A stretch of 64,000 bases of DNA from a virus, in the IMG/VR virus record IMGVR_UViG_3300023171_000009, positions 9,113 to 73,112 of that record, one strand, 5' to 3'. The translations under genes and the position numbers were made by a program. Each line of letters starts with the position of its first letter. The first letter of the stretch is position 1. The notes beneath the pieces were generated by a model. The model was given only the letters and a program-made list of their open reading frames with translations. It did no database searches and had not been told where the DNA came from. Below, one piece after another: positions 35,656-45,241 of the stretch.

Positions 35656-38529
35656 TTAATCACCAGAAGTAAACCAACATGGCTTTTGTGCTACTATGTC
35701 TTTCCTCTTAACTAGGTCTTTTAAATTATAACCCATTTCTATATCCGCGACAATCGGCAAAGGAGGGGTGATACCAAACCATTCTTGAAAAGGTATATTC
35801 TCCAGATACCATCTTGCAGCGGAGGCGTAATGTTCCGCTTTACTTATAATAACTTCAAAAATGATAGCGTCATGAATTGGTGCTAAAACACACGCTTCCT
35901 CTTTAGGGGCATCACGATCAAATCTGATAGCTCCCATCAAACAAATATCACTAGAAAAACCCTGAACCGTGCTGTTAATAGCTTGTCTTTCCGCCTCCTG
36001 ACGAATCATCTTATCGTAAGAACGTATATTAGGAAGATGCCGTATACGCCCGTGCAAAGAACGAACGTATCCTGTCTGATTAACAAATTCCCGCTTTTTC
36101 TTATGCCAATTTACTAATCCTTTATAAAGATCGAAATAGGCATCATAGCTTTCTTTAGCTTGTTCGTCTGTAAATTCCACATGGTAAGTAGTTTTAGCAT
36201 ATGTTTTGAATTTCTTCCACCACATCCCGAATAAATATCCGAAATTAACGGCTTTAGCTCCTTGTCGTTTTTCATCTTGAATATCTTCTGCCATTAATAA
36301 AAAAGCTTCTACACTTACGTGCATTGTTCTGGCAGCCGTTGCTTGATGCAAATCTTTACCTTCATTATACAACCGCAGCATAGTTTTTTCTCTAGCTTCC
36401 CAAGCCGCAACTCTCAATTCAGCCTGAGATAAGTCTACAGATATTAAAATTCTACCCGGCCTAGCTACATAAATAGCCCGATATGCTTTAGCAAGCTTTC
36501 CATGTTTAGGAACATTTTGTCCATTAGGGTTTGCACTAGCAACACGGCCTGTCACAGTCCTATGTAAAAAATAACTAGCATGAACGCACCCATCAGGAGC
36601 AATATACTTCCAAATACCTTTGGCATCTTTTTTATCGACACCTACTTCTAAAATTTCAGAATTAACATCTTCTTCTTCAGTATTATATCCTTCACAACCT
36701 GCTAGCGTCAGCATGGTTTTAAACTTATTGTATGCGATATAATCAGCGACCCAAGGAACATCTTCGAAATAAGGCAAATGTTCCTTAGCAGAAGTCATAG
36801 GAACTTTTTGATCATCAGGAAGCTTTCGAGTTCCTTTTGTAAACATTACCGGTGTAAGTCTTAATCCTTTTTCGTGAGTAAATAAAATATCTCTAACAAA
36901 ATCATGTCTGGTAAACGATAACCCTTTTTTAGGTTTCTTTTCGTCCCACCATTTGTTTCTGATTTCAGGATCTATACTTCCTATCAATTTGTCATATTTA
37001 TTTTTACCCTCTTTTTCGGTAATTCGAGTGAAATCACGAATCTTTTCTTTATCAATCAACATGCCGCGTTTCTCCATCCCATAGAACATTCTAAGGGCAG
37101 GCATTTGAATTCTCTTATAACAATTCCAATGCCTATCATCTTTACTGCAAAGCCCTACCAAATAGTTAGTCATTCTCAAGCTGGCGTCACTATCCGCAGC
37201 CGAATAAAAAAGCATGTCGTCCGGATTTTCTCTAGGCATTTCTGCATAGTTTGCTTTTTCTTCAAACGCGTCTGAATACCCACTAAGTGCGGGAACGTAA
37301 AGGCGAGCACCTGTTGCCAAATCTTTTGATAACGTGTTTTCATCCCTGACAAACATTAGCTGCATGGAATCATGCATCCAATTTTCTAAGTTAGGCCGGA
37401 CTCCTACATTTTCCATTACGTGCCAGTCATAAGCTAGGTTATGGCCTGTGAATTGATATTTATCGCTTTCAAGGACGCTCTTAACCGCTGCCAGATTTTT
37501 TGCTGCTTCCTGTTCTGATACCGTCCAATAATCGTATTGTCCTTTTGGTATAGTCTTTCTTGTTTCAAATTGTTTCCAGCTTTGAATGGGGATAACGTAG
37601 GACTCCCCTTTCTTCCAGCTTATTTGAAAGATGAAAGGTTTACTTCCAGCCCACCATGAATTACTTCCGCCGTCATTGTAAGTTTCAGTATCGAACGCAA
37701 TAGCAACAGGCTTATCTTTTTGCAACTTTTTCAATAACTCTTCACCGGAGATATATTGATAGTTTACATCTTGAATTGCTAATTCTGCCGCTTTTAAATC
37801 ATATTCATACTGCCGCAAACGGCATACCATATCAAAATCCACCCTAAAGGATTCCTCAAAGCCAGGCTGTCTAAAGACTTGGGCCGGGGATACCATAGGA
37901 ATGCAAGGCAGATTGAATTCTTCCAAGTGCCTAATCTGTCCGCGAACCTTTGTTATCTTTAGGGGTTTGTTGAACGTCTGTTTTGTGGCGTGTAAACCTA
38001 GCGTCAAGACCGCTCGTGGTAATCCTCCTTCGGATTCCATAATCCTGTGAAAGTCATGTAAGAAACCGTCGCGGTTATCCTTTAGCCACTTGGTTTCTCT
38101 TGAGTCGCTTCCTGTCATTTCTTCCGGTATTGGCGGACAGGGGGAGACAAACCTAAAAATGCTTGTGGGTAAGTTTTTATCGTTAGCGGTGTTTAAGAAT
38201 AAAGATTTGGATTTCTTACCTAGTCCCAAATTCTTTGCGTAAACTTCATGGCTTGGAATATCACAAACTACAATAATATATTCGCCCTTTGCGGCCTCTG
38301 TAAACTCGCGTTCGTCTAACTCTGAGCGCGTTATAACAACATCAGCGGCAACATCAACATCCTTTTTTTCTTTAGCTCTCGCCCCATAAGCTTTGCTTGA
38401 GGCTGCTAGTATTGCGGCTAACCCTCTAGGTTTTTGTGCAACGATTTCACTTTCCGGAGTCTTAACAGCAGGAATAACTGGTTCTGGCTTACGTAATTTT
38501 AGTTTCATGTTAGGTAATTTTAGTTTCAT
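35656..38529 (-). CDS. polA: Family A DNA polymerase with N-terminal UDG-like and 3'-5' exonuclease domains
   Basis: FDTET, GHNLAYD, YSAADSD; TGRVAS, DLSQAELR, RQGAKAVNFG, IHDA. Confidence 0.93.
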   Translation of the reverse strand: MKLKLPNMKLKLRKPEPVIPAVKTPESEIVAQKPRGLAAILAASSKAYGARAKEKKDVDVAADVVITRSELDEREFTEAAKGEYIIVVCDIPSHEVYAKNLGLGKKSKSLFLNTANDKNLPTSIFRFVSPCPPIPEEMTGSDSRETKWLKDNRDGFLHDFHRIMESEGGLPRAVLTLGLHATKQTFNKPLKITKVRGQIRHLEEFNLPCIPMVSPAQVFRQPGFEESFRVDFDMVCRLRQYEYDLKAAELAIQDVNYQYISGEELLKKLQKDKPVAIAFDTETYNDGGSNSWWAGSKPFIFQISWKKGESYVIPIQSWKQFETRKTIPKGQYDYWTVSEQEAAKNLAAVKSVLESDKYQFTGHNLAYDWHVMENVGVRPNLENWMHDSMQLMFVRDENTLSKDLATGARLYVPALSGYSDAFEEKANYAEMPRENPDDMLFYSAADSDASLRMTNYLVGLCSKDDRHWNCYKRIQMPALRMFYGMEKRGMLIDKEKIRDFTRITEKEGKNKYDKLIGSIDPEIRNKWWDEKKPKKGLSFTRHDFVRDILFTHEKGLRLTPVMFTKGTRKLPDDQKVPMTSAKEHLPYFEDVPWVADYIAYNKFKTMLTLAGCEGYNTEEEDVNSEILEVGVDKKDAKGIWKYIAPDGCVHASYFLHRTVTGRVASANPNGQNVPKHGKLAKAYRAIYVARPGRILISVDLSQAELRVAAWEAREKTMLRLYNEGKDLHQATAARTMHVSVEAFLLMAEDIQDEKRQGAKAVNFGYLFGMWWKKFKTYAKTTYHVEFTDEQAKESYDAYFDLYKGLVNWHKKKREFVNQTGYVRSLHGRIRHLPNIRSYDKMIRQEAERQAINSTVQGFSSDICLMGAIRFDRDAPKEEACVLAPIHDAIIFEVIISKAEHYASAARWYLENIPFQEWFGITPPLPIVADIEMGYNLKDLVKRKDIVAQKPCWFTSGD

Positions 38530-38530
38530 G

Positions 38531-39931
38531 TTAGCGCATATAATCAGTTACTTCTTCGTCTGAATCATTGTCGTCCGAACCCATGATTGTTTCAATTGGG
38601 AACTCGCTAAAGTCCATGGTATCAAAATCCATACTAACAGCAAATCTTTCTGCCGCACCGTCGCGGGTTTTCATAGGGTCGATAATCCTATGACTTAACT
38701 GATAAGGGGAAGGAGCGTATAACATCGCGGCTACAATATCAGCGTCTTTACCTACTGCATCCGTTCCCGCGATTGAACTTAAATCTGCCCGATGCTTCTT
38801 TCCTTGTGAGGAGTTTTTTTCAGTTCGATTTAGTTGATAGGTTACAAAACCCGGAAGCTTTCTATCAAGCAATAATCCTTTAATTTCTCTAACTACTTGT
38901 TCCTGCATATCGGCTTGCTGTTGCCTGTTAGTTATTCCGCTTGCTTTAACCAAGTAAGCAGCATCAATAAATAAAGCGTCAGGGCCAAAATTAGCACAAC
39001 TACGTTCAAGATCAGGAATAGTCTGATTAAACGAGCCGGATATAACATCGGTATCAGGGCCGCGAGCTATTTGTTCAGCAACTGCGTATAATCGACGCTC
39101 ACCATGCGTGGAAACCTCGCCTTTCTTGATCAAAGAATGATTTATCCCTGCCTTACGTCCAAGCCATCTTCTAACAAGTTGCTTGCCCGGCATTTCGTTT
39201 GAACAAACAACGCAACGCAATCCAGCGGCATGACAGGCTAAGAAAGCTTCAGATAGTAAAATTGTTTTACCAACTCCGGGACGGCCAACATAGGCAGTTA
39301 ATTCTCCAGGCATAATGCCTCCTGTAGCCATGTCTAAAGACTCATAGCCCGTAGGAACACCGATTAATCCGACAGTTCTTCTAGCAAGTTGAAAGTCAAC
39401 TAATACTTCCTGAGCAAGAGTTGAAAAGGTATCCGTTCTTTGATTGCGGGTTACCGCAAGCATATCAGAAAGTTGTTTTCTAACAATAGCAAGGAGGGTT
39501 GCTTGATCTGCTTTACCGGCTAATGCCTTAATAAGTAGCTTTTGGTTTTCTTGGATAGCAACGTGCGTTTCCCGCTCCGCAATTCTATTAATGAAATAAT
39601 CCGCTGTTTCGTTAGATACTACATCTAAAGCATGCCCGCTTGATCGTGCGGTGTCTGGCTCCGGCAATCTGCCGTATTGTCTTAAGTGCGCTTTAGAAAA
39701 TTCGTAAAGAGCTATCTCTTGTTCATGTAAATGCCGTGTTTCTATGTTCTGAAAGGTGGGAATGTCGTTACCTTGCAAAACTACTTTCAACAGCTTTAAC
39801 CCAAGGTCAGGGTTGAATTGTGGTTTCTCTGCTACCAATAAGGATTGTGCCGGTCTTGCGCGTGGCGCTGAATTTTCTTCTGAGGGGGCGGGTTTCGCCG
39901 TGCTTGTAAGCAATTTTGATAGTGCGGACAT
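38531..39931 (-). CDS. dnaB: DnaB-like replicative helicase
   Basis: GVPTGY, GRPGVGKT, SNEM, FIDAAY, QLNR. Confidence 0.92.
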   Translation of the reverse strand: MSALSKLLTSTAKPAPSEENSAPRARPAQSLLVAEKPQFNPDLGLKLLKVVLQGNDIPTFQNIETRHLHEQEIALYEFSKAHLRQYGRLPEPDTARSSGHALDVVSNETADYFINRIAERETHVAIQENQKLLIKALAGKADQATLLAIVRKQLSDMLAVTRNQRTDTFSTLAQEVLVDFQLARRTVGLIGVPTGYESLDMATGGIMPGELTAYVGRPGVGKTILLSEAFLACHAAGLRCVVCSNEMPGKQLVRRWLGRKAGINHSLIKKGEVSTHGERRLYAVAEQIARGPDTDVISGSFNQTIPDLERSCANFGPDALFIDAAYLVKASGITNRQQQADMQEQVVREIKGLLLDRKLPGFVTYQLNRTEKNSSQGKKHRADLSSIAGTDAVGKDADIVAAMLYAPSPYQLSHRIIDPMKTRDGAAERFAVSMDFDTMDFSEFPIETIMGSDDNDSDEEVTDYMR

Positions 39932-39932
39932 A

Positions 39933-40478
39933 TTATTGCAACGATTTCACTACTTCAACATTGCTAGTATAGAAAGACCGGAAATCCTTAGAAAACCAAG
40001 GTAGCGTTTCATCAGTAGTCCGAATTATAACCGTTTTATCGTATTGATTGATCATCATTCTAACAAAAGATTCTATTTTATGTGTCTGCCCTTGAGTATA
40101 GGGCGAGGCTTTACCTGTTTCAGCGCTGCAAAAAGAAAGCAACGTTAGTATCTCACAATTGTAGATTGGAGATAGTTTTTCAGCGTCATTATTTTCCAAA
40201 TAATGGAGCATCATGGCCGTTTCTACGGCAAATAAGTCTTTTCTCAATAGAGCCAATGCCGCAGAAAACACTAAGGCTCCGATATCATTAGGGCCTTCAA
40301 TTATCAGATTAGTTTCATCTGCAATTATCTGATTAATCCTATCATATGGTTTAAGCATACTAGGAAAATCTTTAGAAATTCTGAAGTCCGCATATCTTGC
40401 CCCTACTCCACAACTGAGCAAGACATTTCTAATCTGAACAGGAGTCATTGCCATAACGCTAATTACTAAAATTATCAA
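39933..40478 (-). CDS. Degenerate DnaC/IstB-like helicase loader
   Basis: GVGARYADF N-terminus and position between initiator and DnaB; Walker motifs eroded. Confidence 0.5.
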   Translation of the reverse strand: MIILVISVMAMTPVQIRNVLLSCGVGARYADFRISKDFPSMLKPYDRINQIIADETNLIIEGPNDIGALVFSAALALLRKDLFAVETAMMLHYLENNDAEKLSPIYNCEILTLLSFCSAETGKASPYTQGQTHKIESFVRMMINQYDKTVIIRTTDETLPWFSKDFRSFYTSNVEVVKSLQ

Positions 40479-41925
40479 ATATAGGTATTTGCTGGAATAT
40501 TATATTTCCCTCATCATCATACTCTGTCGGAGGCAAATCTTCAGCTAGTTTTTCCAACAATTGCCGCTCTTGTTCCCGACGTTCTTTGTAGGTTACAAGG
40601 GGACTGACGGGGTTGTAAAATTCTTGGACGTTGGTTTTCCGTTCCTCTTTTCTAACGGCTTTGGCGTCTCTCGGGCTAAGTTTACCCGTGGCTTCAAACC
40701 GCCGCATTCTCAGCGCGTCACGCTTATCTTTAACCACTTCGCGGTATTCTTCCGCCTTCTCCTTCACGATAGCGCTTCTATTTTTGTAGTCACGGAAGCC
40801 TGTAAAGCATTGCACAAATAGCCCCAGCGAGGGTTGCACCGCTTGATGCAATTTCATGGAAGATGTTATTTGCGCCCATTGGGTTATGGAATCCGTGATC
40901 AATTCCAGAAAGTCTTCAATGGTTCCGCCTCCGGCTTTCCATTTTGTTATTAGGCATTTCATCTGCCCTCTTTGTTTTTTGCCCCATGCCATGACGGGAG
41001 AAAGCCGCGCTCCATTTTGAGCCGTGACATATTCCTTTTCAAGTGACTGCCACAATTGCGCGGCTTGTTCGTAGTCGCTCAATTCTTTTTGCGGTCGGGC
41101 GGTCGGAATTTTCCCATACTCAAACTGGTATTTGCTAGGGGGCGCGGAACATTCCTCCTTATCTTCAAGGGTTTCAATCACCGGGGTAATTATCCTTCTA
41201 TTCAAGGGCAGCTTAAATCTTCTCCTTGCCGGAATCGCGGCGCTTGCGTCGCAGTTCTTATTTAAATTATCTTCTCCTTTATAAACATCCTCTTTATACA
41301 GGTCGATCTTCGGCCCACTAACAGACTGAACTTCGGCCCCTTCGTTTAAGCTAGAGGGTTGATCGTCGTCCCTTCCAGTAATACGAAATACACGCTCTTT
41401 GTTGGATTTTTCATGTTGTTCATCCCACAGCGTTTCATATTTCAAATCCTCGGGATTATATTGTTTTTTAGCGCGGGCTCTTTTAAGCATATCGTTGTAA
41501 AGAAAATTGTGATTAGGTTCAAAACTGTGAGTCAGCCGTCCTGTATATTTGCTGCGCTTCCAACTTATGAATAACAACTTGTTCCCCTTGTTGTCATAAG
41601 TTGAGTCTAGTTCTTTTATTTTAAGCTTAATTGTGGATAAGGCATACGGTAAGCCGTAGTTAGCCTTTACTCCATCTTTGCTGGTAACGCCGTCTAATAG
41701 ATGACGCATAGGGATTACTTCAGAATCTTTTCCGTAACCCCATACCCTGTTTAAAATGGCTCTAAGAACTGCGCATAAAGTGGAGTCCCGGCAATTTTCT
41801 GTAAATGCCTCCATGCACTTATCCCGCTTCCTCATATACTCACCCGGAGTAACGGGCTTTAAATTTTCAAGACGGGTGGTTGACTTTTTATAAGGTTCTT
41901 GTATGATACACATAATATATAGCAT
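40459..41925 (-). CDS. Putative replication initiator (N-terminal winged HTH)
   Basis: VLRAILNRVWGYGKDSEVIPMRHLLDG; synteny with loader and helicase. Confidence 0.55.
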   Translation of the reverse strand: MLYIMCIIQEPYKKSTTRLENLKPVTPGEYMRKRDKCMEAFTENCRDSTLCAVLRAILNRVWGYGKDSEVIPMRHLLDGVTSKDGVKANYGLPYALSTIKLKIKELDSTYDNKGNKLLFISWKRSKYTGRLTHSFEPNHNFLYNDMLKRARAKKQYNPEDLKYETLWDEQHEKSNKERVFRITGRDDDQPSSLNEGAEVQSVSGPKIDLYKEDVYKGEDNLNKNCDASAAIPARRRFKLPLNRRIITPVIETLEDKEECSAPPSKYQFEYGKIPTARPQKELSDYEQAAQLWQSLEKEYVTAQNGARLSPVMAWGKKQRGQMKCLITKWKAGGGTIEDFLELITDSITQWAQITSSMKLHQAVQPSLGLFVQCFTGFRDYKNRSAIVKEKAEEYREVVKDKRDALRMRRFEATGKLSPRDAKAVRKEERKTNVQEFYNPVSPLVTYKERREQERQLLEKLAEDLPPTEYDDEGNIIFQQIPIFDNFSN

Positions 41926-41957
41926 GGATTAGGAGCGTTAACTCCTGATTTAAATTT

Positions 41958-41996
41958 AGCCCGCTTGGAACTGGTAATTCCTCGCGGGCTTTTTAT
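41958..41996. terminator. Possibly bidirectional terminator
   Basis: AGCCCGC/GCGGGCT stem, T-tract on +. Confidence 0.55.
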
Positions 41997-42025
41997 TGGT
42001 TAGTTTTAATTTGAAATAGTTGCAA

Positions 42026-42337
42026 TTATTTTGAATTGAATAGCTCCTTAATTGCTTCAATTCTATGTGTGTATCTTACTGCCAAAACAGAATTCAAGGA
42101 GCCTTCTGGAGCGTCTTTGCTAATTCTGGTAAACTCTTGGTCTAACAATAATAAATCCCTTTCAAGTTCGCGAATTGCTTTTGCGTATCGGTCAGAAGAT
42201 ACACTTCCTCCGGCTGATATCACTAAAATTAAAACAAAGACTAGCCATCCCCATCCCGCAATATGGTTTATAGCCATCAAGGTAATTCCTGCCACTAAAG
42301 ACAACGATATCAATAACTGTGCATGTATAACTCTCAT
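42026..42337 (-). CDS. Membrane protein
   Basis: Two TM segments plus coiled coil. Confidence 0.65.
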   Translation of the reverse strand: MRVIHAQLLISLSLVAGITLMAINHIAGWGWLVFVLILVISAGGSVSSDRYAKAIRELERDLLLLDQEFTRISKDAPEGSLNSVLAVRYTHRIEAIKELFNSK

Positions 42338-42338
42338 A

Positions 42339-42614
42339 TTATGAAATCGTTGCAGATTTAGAACTAGAATTCTTAGAGGTTTCAATAAAGAAACAGCCGT
42401 CGTATATAGGCAAAGTCCGGTTGGGAGGAACAGCGATGATAAATATAAAAGGGCCTTCGTATTTTCTAAGTAATTTACGTTTATAGATTATATCCATAAC
42501 GCCAATATCATTCGTTACCTCAAATGTAGAGTTAGGAGGCACTATCCTCCCATCAAGTGCTTGTGCTACCGTAGTTTTACCTGACCCCTGTGGTCCATAT
42601 ATGATAGTGTGCAT
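42339..42614 (-). CDS. Small P-loop protein
   Basis: YGPQGSGKTT. Confidence 0.7.
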   Translation of the reverse strand: MHTIIYGPQGSGKTTVAQALDGRIVPPNSTFEVTNDIGVMDIIYKRKLLRKYEGPFIFIIAVPPNRTLPIYDGCFFIETSKNSSSKSATIS

Positions 42615-42630
42615 ATCTTTATATCTAGCA

Positions 42631-42774
42631 ATGAATAAAATTCCGCCTCCTTGGTAACTAAGTTACTAGGCTACACAAAAGGCTCAATGGCTAACAAAAC
42701 AACCTTTTACCTGCTACACAGATCGATTTTAGAAGAATCGACGGCAGGCACCAAAGAAGCGGAATTTTATTCAT
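42631..42774 (-). ncRNA. Fold-back structured RNA, 25-bp closing stem
   Basis: ATGAATAAAATTCCGC perfect 16-bp inverted repeat, extending to 25 bp with two G-U pairs on the minus strand; three internal hairpins; promoter TTGCAA-N16-TATTAT at 42815-42842. Confidence 0.6.
42691..42774 (-). CDS. 27-aa hydrophobic peptide
   Basis: MNKIPLLWCLPSILLKSICVAGKRLFC after an A/C-rich leader. Confidence 0.4.
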   Translation of the reverse strand: MNKIPLLWCLPSILLKSICVAGKRLFC

Positions 42775-42843
42775 AAACTGTTTGTTGTTTTGTTATTATG
42801 TAACCTAGTTCAGTATAATAACCTAACTGTTTAAGATTGCAAG

Positions 42844-43062
42844 TTAAAGTTTTTCAGGCGAAAAAGTGATAGTAGGGACTTCAAAACTTTGTGGAGGGCA
42901 TATTGAAACGCCTTTAATTCCATTAGTAGTAGTAATTAATACGCACCAATCTTCAGGATGCTCACTTAAAGCATTTTTTAGTTCCTTTGATAAATGGGGC
43001 AGTTCCAACGTTTGTTTAACTGTTAGAGTTATACGATTTAAAGGTAATAAATCTGTTTTCAT
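42844..43062 (-). CDS. Hypothetical protein
   Basis: Start MKTDLLP. Confidence 0.55.
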   Translation of the reverse strand: MKTDLLPLNRITLTVKQTLELPHLSKELKNALSEHPEDWCVLITTTNGIKGVSICPPQSFEVPTITFSPEKL

Positions 43063-43066
43063 GAAG

Positions 43067-43366
43067 TTAAACCTTCCTTGCCTTAATCTCATCTTCTGAT
43101 AGCTCTTCGATACCTGCGTTTTCTGTAGTTGCGCTATCGATTTGTTTTTCAAGATCATCCAATTTAACATGGACCGCTAGCCTATCTTTTCGACTATTTT
43201 CTAATGTTATCATCATGAGCATAGATGTTAAAACGCTGATTCCATAATCGAAAACATCAAAATTCACAAAAGGCATGATTATGCACCACAACAAAAATAT
43301 ACTAAATGAAGCAGGACGGCTTAGCGCTTTTTCAAACGCGTCCGCTACCTTTGAAAAGTGGGACAT
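43067..43366 (-). CDS. Low-affinity iron permease (Fet4)-like membrane protein
   Basis: Two TMs then RKDRLAVHVKLDDL...GIEELSEDE. Confidence 0.65.
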   Translation of the reverse strand: MSHFSKVADAFEKALSRPASFSIFLLWCIIMPFVNFDVFDYGISVLTSMLMMITLENSRKDRLAVHVKLDDLEKQIDSATTENAGIEELSEDEIKARKV

Positions 43367-43613
43367 AACTATTGATGTGTGAAGTTCTATCAACGTTTAG
43401 GTATCCAGCATCTTCTAACTCTTTAATTGCTTTAGTTAGGGTAGGACGTGAGGAATTTGCATTCTTTGCAAGGGACGACAAAGATTCTTGAACCGGGGAC
43501 ATACTGCCATCGTATTGATTGCAGATATAAGACAACAATTTAAAAGCACTTGGTTGAACTTTCGTTATAACCAATCGCAAAAATAAATCAGTAGGGGTAT
43601 TAAGATTACTCAT
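43332..43613 (-). CDS. Winged HTH protein
   Basis: SLSSLAKNANSSRPTLTKAIKELEDAGYLNV. Confidence 0.85.
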   Translation of the reverse strand: MSNLNTPTDLFLRLVITKVQPSAFKLLSYICNQYDGSMSPVQESLSSLAKNANSSRPTLTKAIKELEDAGYLNVDRTSHINSYVPLFKGSGRV

Positions 43614-43615
43614 GA

Positions 43616-43987
43616 TTAATATTCCTCGTATCCATCCCGGTTGCGCAAAAATGGAATTATAACATTCTCAAAATCAACGGCGTCTTCGTAGGATTCAAAT
43701 CCGGCTTTAAAGTCATCCACTATTTTGATACTTTGATAAATTTTCCAGATTTTATCAGAGACTTCCGATATGTTCCACCAGCTTTCTATTTCTTTTAAAT
43801 GCCAGTAACAAACATATTTCGCGGCTTTCACCATGTAAATAACAAAACGCCTTGAATCACAACGAAATTCAATAACGCTGGTGCGCTCCATCTTGACCGT
43901 CCCTTCCATGGTAGGTAATAATGTATGATCAAGGGCAGCTATTTTGCCCGTGGGAAAGATTGTTATTTCTAGTGGAACGGACATATT
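43616..43987 (-). CDS. Hypothetical protein
   Basis: ORF. Confidence 0.6.
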   Translation of the reverse strand, partial: NMSVPLEITIFPTGKIAALDHTLLPTMEGTVKMERTSVIEFRCDSRRFVIYMVKAAKYVCYWHLKEIESWWNISEVSDKIWKIYQSIKIVDDFKAGFESYEDAVDFENVIIPFLRNRDGYEEY

Positions 43988-44180
43988 TTTTATACGCTTT
44001 ACTATGAATTTCTGCAACCTTCCTAGCGGACGTTAGCTTGTTAAATACGCCTAAAGGTATATGATTTCCAGTAGGACGACAAGATAGAGTAAATTCTTTA
44101 GCCTGGTGACTGATTACATAAGGTCCGGATATGGAAAGCTGGCATACATTTTCGGTAGCAGGAATGTTAGTCCATTTCAT
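43929..44180 (-). CDS. Hypothetical protein (paralog of 45238-45441)
   Basis: MKWTNIPAT. Confidence 0.6.
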   Translation of the reverse strand: MKWTNIPATENVCQLSISGPYVISHQAKEFTLSCRPTGNHIPLGVFNKLTSARKVAEIHSKAYKKYVRSTRNNNLSHGQNSCP

Positions 44181-44331
44181 ATATCAATATTTATGGATCA
44201 TTAGTAACCAAACCGGAGTCTTAAATTTAGCCTCCAAAGATTTTAAATACTCCATAGGATCTTCGTTAATAACAACAGTGCAAGGATTGATTATATCAGT
44301 CTGGTATGTGATTAGGTATTTCATTTTGCAA

Positions 44332-44586
44332 CTATTTCAAAAATTCAAGCCTTACTGATATTACAAAATAGTCAGTATCTGAAAAGTCTTTCGTTTCAGG
44401 CTCTCCTTTCAAATTGTATATACAGCCCGATATGTCTATTTGAGTTGAGCCACAGCCCTTAAGATCACCTTTAACCGTAATAGGGGTTTCATACGTAACT
44501 TTAACAGGAAGACTAGCACCTAAAGGATGGGGCTTAGCCGCTTCGTATAATTCGTCTAAAAGATTTTGTAAGGTAAGGAAGTTCAT
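44332..44586 (-). CDS. Hypothetical protein
   Basis: ORF. Confidence 0.6.
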   Translation of the reverse strand: MNFLTLQNLLDELYEAAKPHPLGASLPVKVTYETPITVKGDLKGCGSTQIDISGCIYNLKGEPETKDFSDTDYFVISVRLEFLK

Positions 44587-44587
44587 A

Positions 44588-44773
44588 TTATTTAGCTTTG
44601 TTAGTTACTTTTGCGGCTGGTTTATTAAAGCCAGCTTGCTCTTTTCTCTTAAGCTTTCCTTTCAGAGCATCTTCAAAAGGCTTTGTATCGCTGGCGCACT
44701 TGTTGTCTTTATAGCCCTGAGCTTCTATGACAACGGCTCCGTTAGGTTTGATAGTAATTTCGATTGCTTCCAT
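44588..44773 (-). CDS. DUF2997-like protein
   Basis: IEITIKPNGAVVIEAQGYKDNKCASDTKPFEDAL. Confidence 0.75.
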   Translation of the reverse strand: MEAIEITIKPNGAVVIEAQGYKDNKCASDTKPFEDALKGKLKRKEQAGFNKPAAKVTNKAK

Positions 44774-44776
44774 AAA

Positions 44777-45241
44777 TTAACGTTTTGGGGCATGGCAAAG
44801 AATTTTAATTTCACCATTGGATTTTCTAACCGGCGCTCCTTCCAAAGTATAACCACGGTCTTTAATTACTTTCATTTGAAGCGCGTAATTATATTCAACT
44901 GTCAAAGCTCTAAAATGATCACTCTTTACCTTAGAATCAAAACCATCATATAGCTTGTTTCCAAGGACGGATGAAACGTATCCGCAAAAATCATCGAATA
45001 CAGGGATAAACTTACCGTCCTTCTTTATAAATCCTATGTCATATGGGCAGTCTTTCAGCTTTAACACTAAGTCTGCCGGTGTTCCGTATTTATCCATAAA
45101 CTGGTCAGGGTAATACATACGGGGAACCGCGTTTTCTTCCAGTTCACACTCAACGCCTTGTTTTTTAAGACTATCAACAGCCTGTCTTAGCACGGCTTCG
45201 CTAGTAAATGGAACATCTTCGCAAGTGGTAGTATGACTCAT
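44777..45241 (-). CDS. DUF1257 (Ycf35)-like protein
   Basis: MSHTTT...LRQAV...DIGF...FDDF...GY. Confidence 0.7.
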   Translation of the reverse strand: MSHTTTCEDVPFTSEAVLRQAVDSLKKQGVECELEENAVPRMYYPDQFMDKYGTPADLVLKLKDCPYDIGFIKKDGKFIPVFDDFCGYVSSVLGNKLYDGFDSKVKSDHFRALTVEYNYALQMKVIKDRGYTLEGAPVRKSNGEIKILCHAPKR

